Source: Candidatus Saccharimonadota bacterium
GTDB taxonomy: Bacteria > Pseudomonadota > Gammaproteobacteria > Enterobacterales > Enterobacteriaceae
Assembly: GCF_900128735.1 (NCBI RefSeq)
Contig: NZ_LT667503.1
Coordinates: 180,001-212,000 of the forward strand
Reading direction: 5' to 3'
DNA length: 32,000 bases
Shown: in pieces, positions 1 to 10,415 of the stretch
Numbering within the stretch: the first letter of the stretch is position 1
How the letters are laid out: every line of letters starts with the position of its first letter
Position numbers and translations under genes: made by a program
Notes under the pieces: generated by a model
Told to the model about the DNA's origin: nothing
Databases searched by the model: none
What the model saw: the letters and a program-made list of their open reading frames with translations, nothing else

Positions 1-522
1 ATGGGTAAGTGTATTAGCGTTTTTCAAAATAATTTAAGTAATATACGGGCTAATAATATATCTCCTGCATTATTGAAAAATATTTATATAGAATATTATG
101 GAGTAAAAACTTCTTTATTTCAATTATCTAATATAGTGACAGAAGATAATAAAACATTAAAGTTAACATTATTTGATCTCTCGATAAAAAGTAAAGTAGA
201 AAAAGCTATTATAGATTCGAATTTAGGTTTTAATCCGATTTCTACGGATTCGACTATTCGTATTTCTATCCCAATTTTGTCTGAAGAAAGAAGAAAAAAT
301 TTAATTAAAATTATTCGAAAAGATTCTGAATATACTAAGGTTGCAGTGAGAAACATTAGGCGTGATGCACATGAAAAGTTAAAAATTTTTTTAAAAGATA
401 AAAAAATTACCAAAGATTTAGTACGAGTTTGTAAAAAAGAAATTCAAGAGTATACAGATTTATTTATAAAAAAAGTTAATAATATAGTAAATTTAAAAGA
501 AAAAGAATTAATAACTATATAA
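1..522 (+). CDS. frr: Ribosome recycling factor, 5' end cut by window edge
   Basis: The ORF is colinear with E. coli Frr from about residue 13 (MDKCVEAF vs MGKCISVF; VAVRNIRRDA motif; 185-aa family). The ATG at position 1 is an internal Met, so the true start lies upstream of the window. Confidence 0.93.
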   Translation: MGKCISVFQNNLSNIRANNISPALLKNIYIEYYGVKTSLFQLSNIVTEDNKTLKLTLFDLSIKSKVEKAIIDSNLGFNPISTDSTIRISIPILSEERRKNLIKIIRKDSEYTKVAVRNIRRDAHEKLKIFLKDKKITKDLVRVCKKEIQEYTDLFIKKVNNIVNLKEKELITI

Positions 523-847
523 GAATCTATAAAATATAAAATTATAATCAGTTATAAAATTATTAAGTGCTATTTTTTTAATAAATTTTATATTTGATTC
601 AAGTGATATCATTTTTTTTAATAAATAAATGAACCTTTTTTATTTAAAAAGTAGTTTTTAAATGATAATATTTAATCAATTAAATACATTCAGAGCAATA
701 ATATTTTTTAACGTACTTTTTTTTATTTTTAAGTGAATTACATATCTATATATTACTTAAGAAATAACAGTACTATAAAAAACATTGTATTAAAACTTGT
801 AATGATATTTTTTTTTAATTAATGATAAATAAATAAGTATAATAAAT

Positions 848-3283
848 ATGTTTGATAAAATTTTTGTTTTTTTAGGTATATTATTTTTTTCTACTACTAT
901 TTTTCCTGTCAAATCGTGTGGTATTACGCGTATTTATTTTCATGGAATACAGCACTCGGCTAAATCAAAAATTGTAAGAAAAATGATGGTAAATCATAAT
1001 CGTCATTATTCTTCTAAAGACATTATTAAAAAAATAGAAAAATTGTTTAATACAAATTATTTTATTAATATACGTGTTAAAAAAATAAAAAATTCATTTT
1101 TTTTTTATGTAACAGAATATCCAAAAATCAAAAAAATATATTTTTCTGGAAATCATATTTTTTCAAATCTTTTTTTAAAAAATAGGCTACGTCAATTTAA
1201 TATGATGAAAAATGATTCTTTTGATATTAATAAATATAATCGTTTTTTGTTTTTTTTAAAGCAATGTTATTTTAATTGCGGTATATTTGGTGTGCATATT
1301 GAACCTTTATTAGTTAAATCTTTAAATAATACAGTATTTATTAAAATAAAAATTAATGAAAATCCTTATTTTAATTTATCTAAAATTCAAATTAAAGGTA
1401 ATAAAACTTTTTCTGAATCTTTTATTTTTAAAAAATTTTTTCCATTGTACAGACCTATTTTTTTGCGCGGTTGGTTACAAAAACAATATACTTTTAACGA
1501 ATTGAAAAAATATTTGTTAAATTTAAAAAATTTTTATAAAAAAAATGGATTTTTAAATATAAAAATTAATAGATTAAAATTCTTTGAAGATAAAGATCGC
1601 AATAATATTTCAGTTATAATTATTTTAAATGAAGGTAAAAAGTATCAATTTAAAAAAATTGTTATTCATCAATTTAAATCATTATTTTTTAATAAAAATG
1701 AAAATAAAAAATATATTTTGATTCCTAGTTCTAAGTTTAATTCATCCGGTATACCTTTATTGAAGCAAAAAATAAAAAGACTTTATGCTAAAATAGGTTT
1801 TTCTAATACAAAAATTTTTATGCATTATGATATTGATGAAAAAAATAGCTCTGTTATTTTAAAGATCTTTGTTTATCCTCAGCGTCAGTTTTTTATAAAT
1901 AATATTTATTTTTCTGGAAATAAAAAGTCTAAATATTTATTTTTAAGAAAAGTGATAAATCAATCTAAATATGCATATTTAAATAAATATTCTTTAAAAG
2001 AAAGTTGTCAAAATTTGTTAAATACTCATTTATTTGATTCAGTTTCTATGCGTATATATAAATCAAAAGATGCACTTAATATGATTAATATTTGTTTTTT
2101 TCTTAAAGAAAAAAATGATAATCAGGTGGCTGCATGTTCTCTCGGATATGACGCCACTACTGGACTTTTATTACGTTCTTTGTATTCAAATAAGAATGTT
2201 TTAGGTTTAGGGCGTACAATATATGCAAAAATTATAAAAAATTTACAGTTAACTAATTTACATCTTTCTATTATTCGACCACTTAATTGTTTGAGAAATT
2301 TTACACTTAAATCTCGTTATTTTTTTCATTCTTTAGAAAATATTCATGTTGATCCATCTAAATATTTGGATAAATATTTTGGTTTCGATATAAAATTAAG
2401 TAGTCCAGTTATTAATAAGAAAAAATTTTTTGTTTCTCTTGGTACTTTTTCAGCTAGGTTTCCTAATTTATTGTCTCAATTTTCTTTGATGCGATATATT
2501 GCGTCACTATATAAGAATAAAAAATTTAGTCCGGTCATAAAAAATACTATGATAAATGATTTTATTATTAAATATATTTTTGATTATAATAATATAAATC
2601 AAAAAAAGTTTTTAAAAACTGGAGATCATATTAAGGTAAAAGGTAAATTTACATTACCTGGGTCAGAAAATTATTTTCATAAAATTACTGTAACTTCAGA
2701 TACTATTTTTCCATTAGAACCAACAAAAAATTTTTTATTGCATATTTATTCAACGTTAGGTATAGGGTTATCATTTGGAAAAAAAATTTTTCCGTTATAT
2801 GAAAATTATTATGCTGGTGGTTTAAAATCTATTAGAGGTTTTAAAATTAAAAGTTTAGGTCCTACGGCATTATATTGTAATATTTATAATCTTTTATATA
2901 AAAAAAAGAATAAAATTACTGATCAGACTATGTATGAATCGACGCATCCTTTGGGCGGAAATATTCTGATGAATACAAATATGGAATTATTATTTCCACA
3001 AATTCATACTACAAATTCTTTAGTTCGTTTTTTTCAATATGGATTTTTTTTAGATACAGTAAATATTTGGATGAGTTCTTTAAAATATATGTTAAGTATG
3101 TTTAAAAATACCGATATTAATAAATTGTATAATCCTAGTACCATTTATATGTCTACTGGAATTTTTTTTCGTTTTTTTTCTTTTTTAGGTCCCATGACTA
3201 TAACATTCGCCGTTCCTTTACTTTTTCATAATATACCTACGCATAATTTGTTAAATTTTCATATCGATTTTAATAAATTTTAA
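848..3283 (+). CDS. bamA: Outer membrane protein assembly factor BamA (YaeT/Omp85)
   Basis: 811 aa versus 810 aa in E. coli. It has an N-terminal signal-like hydrophobic segment, the conserved barrel loop-6 motif YYAGGLKSIRGF (E. coli FYAGGSSTVRGF) and a C-terminal aromatic residue (..NKF). It sits between frr and fabZ as in the E. coli frr..bamA-skp-lpxD-fabZ cluster. Confidence 0.9.
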   Translation: MFDKIFVFLGILFFSTTIFPVKSCGITRIYFHGIQHSAKSKIVRKMMVNHNRHYSSKDIIKKIEKLFNTNYFINIRVKKIKNSFFFYVTEYPKIKKIYFSGNHIFSNLFLKNRLRQFNMMKNDSFDINKYNRFLFFLKQCYFNCGIFGVHIEPLLVKSLNNTVFIKIKINENPYFNLSKIQIKGNKTFSESFIFKKFFPLYRPIFLRGWLQKQYTFNELKKYLLNLKNFYKKNGFLNIKINRLKFFEDKDRNNISVIIILNEGKKYQFKKIVIHQFKSLFFNKNENKKYILIPSSKFNSSGIPLLKQKIKRLYAKIGFSNTKIFMHYDIDEKNSSVILKIFVYPQRQFFINNIYFSGNKKSKYLFLRKVINQSKYAYLNKYSLKESCQNLLNTHLFDSVSMRIYKSKDALNMINICFFLKEKNDNQVAACSLGYDATTGLLLRSLYSNKNVLGLGRTIYAKIIKNLQLTNLHLSIIRPLNCLRNFTLKSRYFFHSLENIHVDPSKYLDKYFGFDIKLSSPVINKKKFFVSLGTFSARFPNLLSQFSLMRYIASLYKNKKFSPVIKNTMINDFIIKYIFDYNNINQKKFLKTGDHIKVKGKFTLPGSENYFHKITVTSDTIFPLEPTKNFLLHIYSTLGIGLSFGKKIFPLYENYYAGGLKSIRGFKIKSLGPTALYCNIYNLLYKKKNKITDQTMYESTHPLGGNILMNTNMELLFPQIHTTNSLVRFFQYGFFLDTVNIWMSSLKYMLSMFKNTDINKLYNPSTIYMSTGIFFRFFSFLGPMTITFAVPLLFHNIPTHNLLNFHIDFNKF

Positions 3284-3332
3284 TTTTTTTTATTAAAAAT
3301 TTTTTCTTAACAAAATATATTTTTGGTGAAAT

Positions 3333-3779
3333 ATGTTCAATGATATGAATCAGATTTTAAATGTTAAAAAGATTGTTCAATTTTTACCTCATCGTTTTCC
3401 TTTTTTATTAATTGATCAAGTAATTGAATATAAAAAAAGTATGTTTTTATATGCTAAAAAAACAATTACAGGTAGTAATTTTTTTTTAGGTCATTTTCCA
3501 AAAAAATCTGTTTTTCCCGGAGTTTTAATTATAGAATCTATTGCGCAAGCAAGTGGTTTATTATCTATCTTTAGCAATGGGCAATTAGTAGGGAAAGAAT
3601 TAATATATTTAGTAAATATAAAAAATGCATTTTTTAAAAAAATAGTTCGTCCCGGCAATGAGATGATGATAAATGTTTTTTTAAAAAAACAAAAAAGTAA
3701 TTTTGAAGAATTTGATGGTGTTGTATTGGTTAATAATACGATAGTTTGTACAGCAACATTATTGCTATCACGTTTTTAA
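3333..3779 (+). CDS. fabZ: 3-hydroxyacyl-ACP dehydratase FabZ
   Basis: 148 aa. Hot-dog fold motifs LPHRFPFLLID and GHFP..PVFPGVLIIESIAQ match E. coli FabZ. Confidence 0.95.
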   Translation: MFNDMNQILNVKKIVQFLPHRFPFLLIDQVIEYKKSMFLYAKKTITGSNFFLGHFPKKSVFPGVLIIESIAQASGLLSIFSNGQLVGKELIYLVNIKNAFFKKIVRPGNEMMINVFLKKQKSNFEEFDGVVLVNNTIVCTATLLLSRF

Positions 3780-3955
3780 TGTATAATATAATAAAATTTA
3801 TATAATATATTTTTTTTATATTATGTCATTAAAAACATTTTAGGTATTATTTTTTTTTATGTTTTTATTTTTTTGATATAATGCTATTTATATATTTTGA
3901 ATATTATAATTTATATTGATTATATAATTTTTAATGTTTAACCGGATAAAAAAAT

Positions 3956-6900
3956 ATGTTGCAAGTAAAATTTGTACATTTAAAAGTTCATAGTGATTAT
4001 TCCATGACTGACGGATTAGCTACTCCAGAGTCTTTAGTAAAACATGCGTACCATTCAAATATGATGGCATTAGGAATAACCGATATTAATAATTTATACG
4101 GTGTAATAAAATTTTGTGCTTCAGCTAGTATTTATGGAATTAAACCCATTATTGGCATGGATATTTATATTAGTTCACATATTATAAAAAATAAAATTTT
4201 TCATTTAACAATTTTAACTAAAAATAATATTGGTTATAAAAATCTTATTAATTTAATTTCGGAAGCATATCAAAAAGGTTATACTGAAGATATTGGTCCT
4301 GTGATATCACTACAAGAAATTGTGCGTTATCGAGAGGGCTTATTAATCTTATCAGGAGGAATTACTGGAGATATAGGTACATGTTTATTAAACAATGATT
4401 TATATTTATTAGAAAAATGTATTTTTTTTTATAAAAAATATTTTTTGAATAAATATTATTTAGAAGTTTCTCGTATTGATAAAGAGCAAGAATATGAATA
4501 TATTAAAAAAGTAAAACACACTTCTTTATTTTATTCAATACCATTAGTTGCAACTAATTCTGTTTCTTTTTTAAGAAAAAAAGATTTTAAAATACATAAG
4601 ATTCGAGTAGCAATTCATCAAAAAAAAAATGTATCAGATCCAAATTTTGTTTATACCTATACTAAGGAACAATTTTTAAAAAATGAAAAAGAAATGGCAG
4701 AGCTCTTTTTTGATATTCCGGAAGCATTAGTGAATAGTGTTGAAATTGCAAAACGTTGTAATGTTATTATTCCATCTGGAAAATATTTTTTACCAATTTT
4801 TTCTACAGAAGAAACTAATCTTTCTAATTTTTTTTTACAAAAAGTAACAGATGGATTAAATAGTCGTTTAAAAAACAATTACCCAGATAAAAAAGAAAGA
4901 AAGAAGTATAATTTAATATATTTTAAACGATTATTTTATGAAACAAAAATTATAAAAAAAATGGGGTTTATTAGTTATTTTTTGATCGTTATGGAATTTA
5001 TAAAGTGGGCAAAAGATCATGATGTACCTGTTGGACCGGGACGAGGCTCAGGACCTGGTTCATTAGTAGCATATTCATTATTTATTACAGAGTTAGATCC
5101 TATAAAATTTGATTTATTATTTGAAAGGTTTTTAAATCCTGATCGTGTATCTTTACCTGATTTTGATATTGATTTTTGTATGGATAAACGGGATTTAGTT
5201 ATTGACCATGTTTCAAAAAAATATGGTCGATATTCTGTAGCGCAAATTGTAACCTTTGGTACTATGGCGGCTAAAGCGGTAATACGAGATGTAGGTCGTG
5301 TTTTAGGATATCCGTATGGTTTAATAAATAAAATTTCAAAAATGGTTCCTTTAGATCCTGGCATGACATTAGAAAAAGCATTTTTAATACAAAAAGAACT
5401 GGTAAATTTATATAATTTAAATGATGATATTAAAAAATTAATAGATATAGCTAAAAAATTAGAAGGGGTAACAAGAAATATTGGAAAACATGCAGGAGGC
5501 GTAGTGATTGCACCTACAAAAATATCTGATTTTGTACCTGTTTTTTGTGATTCTCAAGGTAAAAATCAAATTACTCAGTTTGATAAAAATGATGTAGAAT
5601 TTGTTGGTTTAGTGAAATTTGATTTCTTAGGTTTAAAAACTTTAACGATGATTTATTCTTGCGTCCAAAAGATTAATATAGAAAAAAAAAAATTAAATAT
5701 ACCAGAAATTTCAATTAATTCATTAGACTTAAGTGATAAAAAAAGCTTTTTTTTATTAAAAAGTGCTGAAACCATGTCTATTTTTCAGTTAGAATCAGTA
5801 GGTATGCGAAATTTAATTCGTCGATTACAACCTGATTCTTTTGAAGATATAATTGCATTAGTTGCATTATTTCGTCCGGGACCATTACAATCTGGTATGG
5901 TAGATAATTTTATAGCCCGAAAACATGGTCGAGAAAAAATTTCATATCCAGATAAAAAATGGCAGCATCATTTATTAAAACCCATTTTAGAACCGACATA
6001 TGGTATTATTTTATATCAGGAACAAGTAATGCAAATTGCGCAGGTTTTAGCTGGATATACTCCAGGAGAAGCTGATCTTTTACGACGAGCTATGGCAAAA
6101 AAAGATCCGAAAGAAATGAAAAGACAAAAAAATATTTTTAGAATTGGTTCAAACAAAATTGGTATTTGCCCTCATCTTTCTGAAAAAATATTTTCTTTAT
6201 TAGAAAAGTTTTCTGCTTATGGTTTTAATAAATCACATTCCGCTACTTATGCTTTGATATCCTATCAAACATTATGGTTAAAAGCGAATTATTCGGCAGA
6301 GTTTATGGCTTCTGCTATGACTTTAGATATGGACAATACTGATAAAATTATTTTTTTGATACAAGATGCTCGACGTATGAGATTAAAAATTATAGCACCA
6401 AATATCAATATTAGTAATTATTCATTTTCTATTGATAAAAATAAAGTAATTATTTATGGTTTAGGTGCTATTAAAGGTTTAGGAAAAACATCTATCGATC
6501 ATATTATTAAAGAAAGAAATTTGAAGAAAAAGAAATATAAAAATTTTTTAGATTTTTGTATTCGAATACATGCAAAGTGTATTACGCGTCGTATTTTAGA
6601 AAGATTGATTATGTCTGGTGCTTGTGATTGTTTTCAAGTTTGTCGAATTCAATTATTCAAAAGTATCGAATATTGTATGAATTTTGCTAAGCAATATTTA
6701 TCTGCTATTAAATTAAAACAAAATTTTTTATTTAATTTTAATTATAATCATTTTTTAGATAAATACACAAATAATGAAGACGTTAGCTTAATTACTGTGC
6801 AAGATATTGTAGAAAAAAAAATAATATACTTTCAGTGGGAACGTGAGACTTTAGGGTTTTATTTAACTGATCATCCTATTAAAAATTTCTTAAAAGAAAT

Positions 6901-7480
6901 AAATTACTATACAGACAATACTAAATTAAGTGATTGCACGTGGATTAATAAAAAAAAAAATATTATCATTGCAGGTATAATTTTTTCAATAAAAATAAAA
7001 TTTACTAAAAATAATAAAAAGTTTTATCTAATTAAATTAGATGACTCATTTAGTCATTTAGAGATAATATTTTTTAGCGATTCTAATAATGATAATAAAC
7101 ATCGTTTATTAACTAAAAAAAATGTAATTGTGATTACAACAGGTGAAGTATATTTTGATAAATTTCGAGGTTGTTCACGTTTTTTAGTTAAGAATATTTT
7201 TGAACTTGAATCTTTTCGCATAAATCGTATTAAAAGTATTACATTAAAAATTCATGATTTTTTATTATTAAACAATCTAATCATTCATTCTCTAGAAAAT
7301 TATTTAATTCATCATGTCTGTGTAGGTCCAGTATATATATCATTTTTAGTTTCTGAAAAAAATCGAAAAAAATATAATATTTTTCAAAAAAACTGGAAAA
7401 TACAACCTGATAATAATTTCTTTAATTATATAAACTTTCTATCTAAAGAAATAGAAACTGAAATAATTTTTTTTAAATAA
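3956..7480 (+). CDS. dnaE: DNA polymerase III alpha subunit
   Basis: 1174 aa. PHP-domain HLKVHSDYSMTDG, palm motifs GPGRGSGPGSLVAYSL and PDFDIDFC, and FNKSHSATYA all match E. coli DnaE. Two in-frame A11 tracts (5682-5692, 6950-6960) are tolerated. Confidence 0.97.
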   Translation: MLQVKFVHLKVHSDYSMTDGLATPESLVKHAYHSNMMALGITDINNLYGVIKFCASASIYGIKPIIGMDIYISSHIIKNKIFHLTILTKNNIGYKNLINLISEAYQKGYTEDIGPVISLQEIVRYREGLLILSGGITGDIGTCLLNNDLYLLEKCIFFYKKYFLNKYYLEVSRIDKEQEYEYIKKVKHTSLFYSIPLVATNSVSFLRKKDFKIHKIRVAIHQKKNVSDPNFVYTYTKEQFLKNEKEMAELFFDIPEALVNSVEIAKRCNVIIPSGKYFLPIFSTEETNLSNFFLQKVTDGLNSRLKNNYPDKKERKKYNLIYFKRLFYETKIIKKMGFISYFLIVMEFIKWAKDHDVPVGPGRGSGPGSLVAYSLFITELDPIKFDLLFERFLNPDRVSLPDFDIDFCMDKRDLVIDHVSKKYGRYSVAQIVTFGTMAAKAVIRDVGRVLGYPYGLINKISKMVPLDPGMTLEKAFLIQKELVNLYNLNDDIKKLIDIAKKLEGVTRNIGKHAGGVVIAPTKISDFVPVFCDSQGKNQITQFDKNDVEFVGLVKFDFLGLKTLTMIYSCVQKINIEKKKLNIPEISINSLDLSDKKSFFLLKSAETMSIFQLESVGMRNLIRRLQPDSFEDIIALVALFRPGPLQSGMVDNFIARKHGREKISYPDKKWQHHLLKPILEPTYGIILYQEQVMQIAQVLAGYTPGEADLLRRAMAKKDPKEMKRQKNIFRIGSNKIGICPHLSEKIFSLLEKFSAYGFNKSHSATYALISYQTLWLKANYSAEFMASAMTLDMDNTDKIIFLIQDARRMRLKIIAPNINISNYSFSIDKNKVIIYGLGAIKGLGKTSIDHIIKERNLKKKKYKNFLDFCIRIHAKCITRRILERLIMSGACDCFQVCRIQLFKSIEYCMNFAKQYLSAIKLKQNFLFNFNYNHFLDKYTNNEDVSLITVQDIVEKKIIYFQWERETLGFYLTDHPIKNFLKEINYYTDNTKLSDCTWINKKKNIIIAGIIFSIKIKFTKNNKKFYLIKLDDSFSHLEIIFFSDSNNDNKHRLLTKKNVIVITTGEVYFDKFRGCSRFLVKNIFELESFRINRIKSITLKIHDFLLLNNLIIHSLENYLIHHVCVGPVYISFLVSEKNRKKYNIFQKNWKIQPDNNFFNYINFLSKEIETEIIFFK

Positions 7481-7512
7481 ATTTACTTAATAAATAAAAT
7501 TAATAATAAATA

Positions 7513-9111
7513 TTAATATTTTGTGATTTTTTTAATATATTTGATGATACTTGTTAATGAAATATTATTTATTAAACCATTATCCCTGGAATAATATTCA
7601 ACGTATTTCATTTTTATAGATTTTTGACTAATAATAATACCGTGAGGAATACCAATAAGGTTCATATCAGCAAACATTTTTCCAAAACTTTCAGAGCGAT
7701 TATCAAATAATATTTCTATTTTTTCTTTTTTTAACTCATGATATAATAATTCGGCATATTTTTTAACAAGTATAGATTTATTTATTTGAATTGGTATTAT
7801 AAAAACTTGAAAAGGAGCAATATTTGAAGGCCATTTAATGCCTTTTTTATCCGAATGCTGTTCAATAATTGCCGCGATAATTCGATTAATTCCAATGCCA
7901 TAACAACCCATATGAACGAAAGTATTTTTTCCTTTTTTATTTTTTATTTTTTTATTAAAAATAGAAGAATATTTAGTATTTAATTGAAAAATATGTCCAA
8001 TTTCTATTTTTTTTTCTATTTTTTTATTTTTTTCTTCGTTTAAAGAAAAATTATCCCTGTTTATATTTGAAATATCTATGAATTCATGAAAAAAAATATC
8101 TTGATACCAAAGTATATTACTAACTTTTTTTTCTGTATTAATAATAAAATAAGGTATTTTTTTTACATGTAAATCCGCTATTATATAAATAGTATTATCT
8201 ATAATATGTTTTATATTTAAAATATTTTGCATTTTTGGAAAAATATTTTTTATTTTTAAAAATTTGATAGGCTGATTAATTATTGAAATATTTTCTAATT
8301 TTTTGATATTTATTTGATGTATTTTATTAATAATTAAAGCAACATAAGCATTTTTTTTTTTTTTATTTTTGATAGCTACAAAAAATATTTTTATTTCTTT
8401 GGTTTGAATATAATTTAAATTTTTTAAAAATATTTGAGAGTTTTTTTTAGGTATAAGCGCATTAAATTCATGAGATATTGATCCGCCCATTGTAGAAGCA
8501 TCAGCTTTATTAACTTGAAAGATTAATTGAAATTTATTAAAAATTTTTATATATATTTTGAATATTTTTTGATAAGTTTTTTCAAGTGAATTTTGATCTA
8601 TATGAAAAGAATATGCATCTTTCATAAGAAATTCAGTGGATCGTATTACTCCAAATTGAGGTCTTTTTTCGTCTCTAAATTTTTTTTGTATCTGATAAAA
8701 CATAATAGGTAATTGTTTATATGAATTGATTTCATAATGCATAATATATGTAATTATTTCTTCGTGTGTAGGGCTTAAAATAAATTTTTTGTTTCGACGA
8801 TCTGTTAAACTTATTAATTCTTCACCATATAATTGATTTCTTCCGCTTTGATCCCAAAATTTTTTTGGTTGTAATAATGGCAAACATATTTCAAGAGCTC
8901 CATATTGATTCATAATTTTTTGAATTATTCTTGTTACTTTTTTAATTACTCGATATCCTGTGGGAAGCCATGAATATAGACCTGAAGATAACATACGAAT
9001 CATACCTGCACGTAACATTAATTGATGACTGATTGTTTTGCTATGCGCGGGTTTTTCTTTTAAGGTAGATAATAAATATTTTTTGGTATACATGGTTAGT
9101 AAAGTTCTCAT
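7513..9111 (-). CDS. proS: Prolyl-tRNA synthetase (class II)
   Basis: The N-terminus YLLSTLKEKPAHSKTISHQLMLRAGMIRMLSSGLYSWLPTG matches E. coli ProRS almost residue for residue. It is 532 aa versus 572 aa, and the shortfall lies in the insertion/editing domain. An alternative start is Met7 (9093). It contains an in-frame A14 tract (T14 on + at 8351-8364). Confidence 0.95.
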   Translation of the reverse strand: MRTLLTMYTKKYLLSTLKEKPAHSKTISHQLMLRAGMIRMLSSGLYSWLPTGYRVIKKVTRIIQKIMNQYGALEICLPLLQPKKFWDQSGRNQLYGEELISLTDRRNKKFILSPTHEEIITYIMHYEINSYKQLPIMFYQIQKKFRDEKRPQFGVIRSTEFLMKDAYSFHIDQNSLEKTYQKIFKIYIKIFNKFQLIFQVNKADASTMGGSISHEFNALIPKKNSQIFLKNLNYIQTKEIKIFFVAIKNKKKKNAYVALIINKIHQINIKKLENISIINQPIKFLKIKNIFPKMQNILNIKHIIDNTIYIIADLHVKKIPYFIINTEKKVSNILWYQDIFFHEFIDISNINRDNFSLNEEKNKKIEKKIEIGHIFQLNTKYSSIFNKKIKNKKGKNTFVHMGCYGIGINRIIAAIIEQHSDKKGIKWPSNIAPFQVFIIPIQINKSILVKKYAELLYHELKKEKIEILFDNRSESFGKMFADMNLIGIPHGIIISQKSIKMKYVEYYSRDNGLINNISLTSIIKYIKKITKY

Positions 9112-9267
9112 TTTAAGGAGCGATAAAAATAATTTATAAATTTAATTTTTATATTTTTTTTTAGAAAAAATTTTATTATCAAGAATTTTTCAATTTGATA
9201 TGTAAATTTTTTATTTTTTTATACTTTTATATATATAATAAAATATTATAAATTTTTATACAATATA

Positions 9268-10410
9268 ATGGAAAATATCATGAATAGTGAGTCATATGAA
9301 GATAAGAATGAAAAACCTACCCCGCATAAAATTAAAAAATCAAAAGAATTAGGTATTTTAGCATATTCTCATGATATTAACTCTTTTTTTATACTATTGT
9401 TTTGTTTCTTTTTTATAAAAATAAATTGGAAAAAAATTATTTATTTTTTTTATAACTGTTTTTTGCATAGTTTTATTTTTAATTCTAATTCATTAGAAGA
9501 TAAAATTTTACCATTTTTTTTATTTTTTTATTATCTAAAGTATTTTATTTTTTTTTTATTATTTTTATTTATAGGTATTCTTTTTATATTAATTATTTCT
9601 CCAATGGTCTTTTATAATCATTATTTATTTATTAATCAATATAAATTTAACTTATTTTTTTTAAATATTTTTGATAATATAAAAAAAATTTTTTCTTTAG
9701 ATATTTTTTTAGAATTTTTTAAAATTTTTTTAAAAATTGTTTTTTTTATGTTTATTACTGGGTTTTATTTATGGAGATATTATTCTAGCTATATATTATT
9801 AATGAAACTTTCTTTAATGTCTAATTTATTTTTAGGGCTTCATTTTATTCATACTTTTTTTATTATGATAATTGGAATTATCTTCTTTATAGCAATAATA
9901 GATTTTTTTTTGAAACATTATCAAAATTATAAAAATTTGCAAATGACATTACAAGAAATTAAAAATGAATTTAAAGAACTTGAAGGAAATCCAATTATTA
10001 AACAAAATCGTTATCATATTATGAAAAAAATAAAAGGAAAAATAGATAATATTTTTAATGCAGATGTTATGGTTACAGATCAAATACAATATTTAGTAGC
10101 CATACAATATAATGTTACAACTATGTCTGTCCCAAAAGTTTTAATAAAAAGTCAAGGTAAGTCAATAAAAAAGATGAAAATAATTTCTAAAAAACATAAT
10201 ATACCAATTTTGCTTTTACCAGAATTAACTAAGGCATTATATCATAATACTATCGTTAGAAAAGATATACCTAGTTTTTTATATAAACCAGTAGCAGAAG
10301 TTTTTGCTTGGGTCTGGCAATTACAAAAATGGAAAAAATATGGAGGAATTTATCCTCAACCACCAAAATATATATCAGTGCCTACAGCGGTATATTTTAC
10401 TGGAGAATAA
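9268..10410 (+). CDS. flhB: Flagellar type III export apparatus protein FlhB
   Basis: 380 aa. N-terminal EKPTPHKIKKSKELG (Salmonella TEAPTPHRLEKAREEG), four TM-like segments and the C-terminal AEVFAWVWQLQKW (AEVLAWVWQLKRW). The NPTH site is replaced by DQIQ (see findings). Confidence 0.93.
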   Translation: MENIMNSESYEDKNEKPTPHKIKKSKELGILAYSHDINSFFILLFCFFFIKINWKKIIYFFYNCFLHSFIFNSNSLEDKILPFFLFFYYLKYFIFFLLFLFIGILFILIISPMVFYNHYLFINQYKFNLFFLNIFDNIKKIFSLDIFLEFFKIFLKIVFFMFITGFYLWRYYSSYILLMKLSLMSNLFLGLHFIHTFFIMIIGIIFFIAIIDFFLKHYQNYKNLQMTLQEIKNEFKELEGNPIIKQNRYHIMKKIKGKIDNIFNADVMVTDQIQYLVAIQYNVTTMSVPKVLIKSQGKSIKKMKIISKKHNIPILLLPELTKALYHNTIVRKDIPSFLYKPVAEVFAWVWQLQKWKKYGGIYPQPPKYISVPTAVYFTGE

Positions 10411-10415
10411 TTTTT

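Noticed and set aside
120-413. Antisense ORFs inside frr (120-413), dnaE (4657-4878, 5017-5364), flhA (10610-10840), argS (12750-12971), acpS (20098-20289) and lepA (23612-23797, 24200-24409)
   Set aside because: Each is fully embedded opposite a well-supported conserved gene. Their composition is low-complexity and they have no recognisable motifs, which is typical of shadow ORFs.
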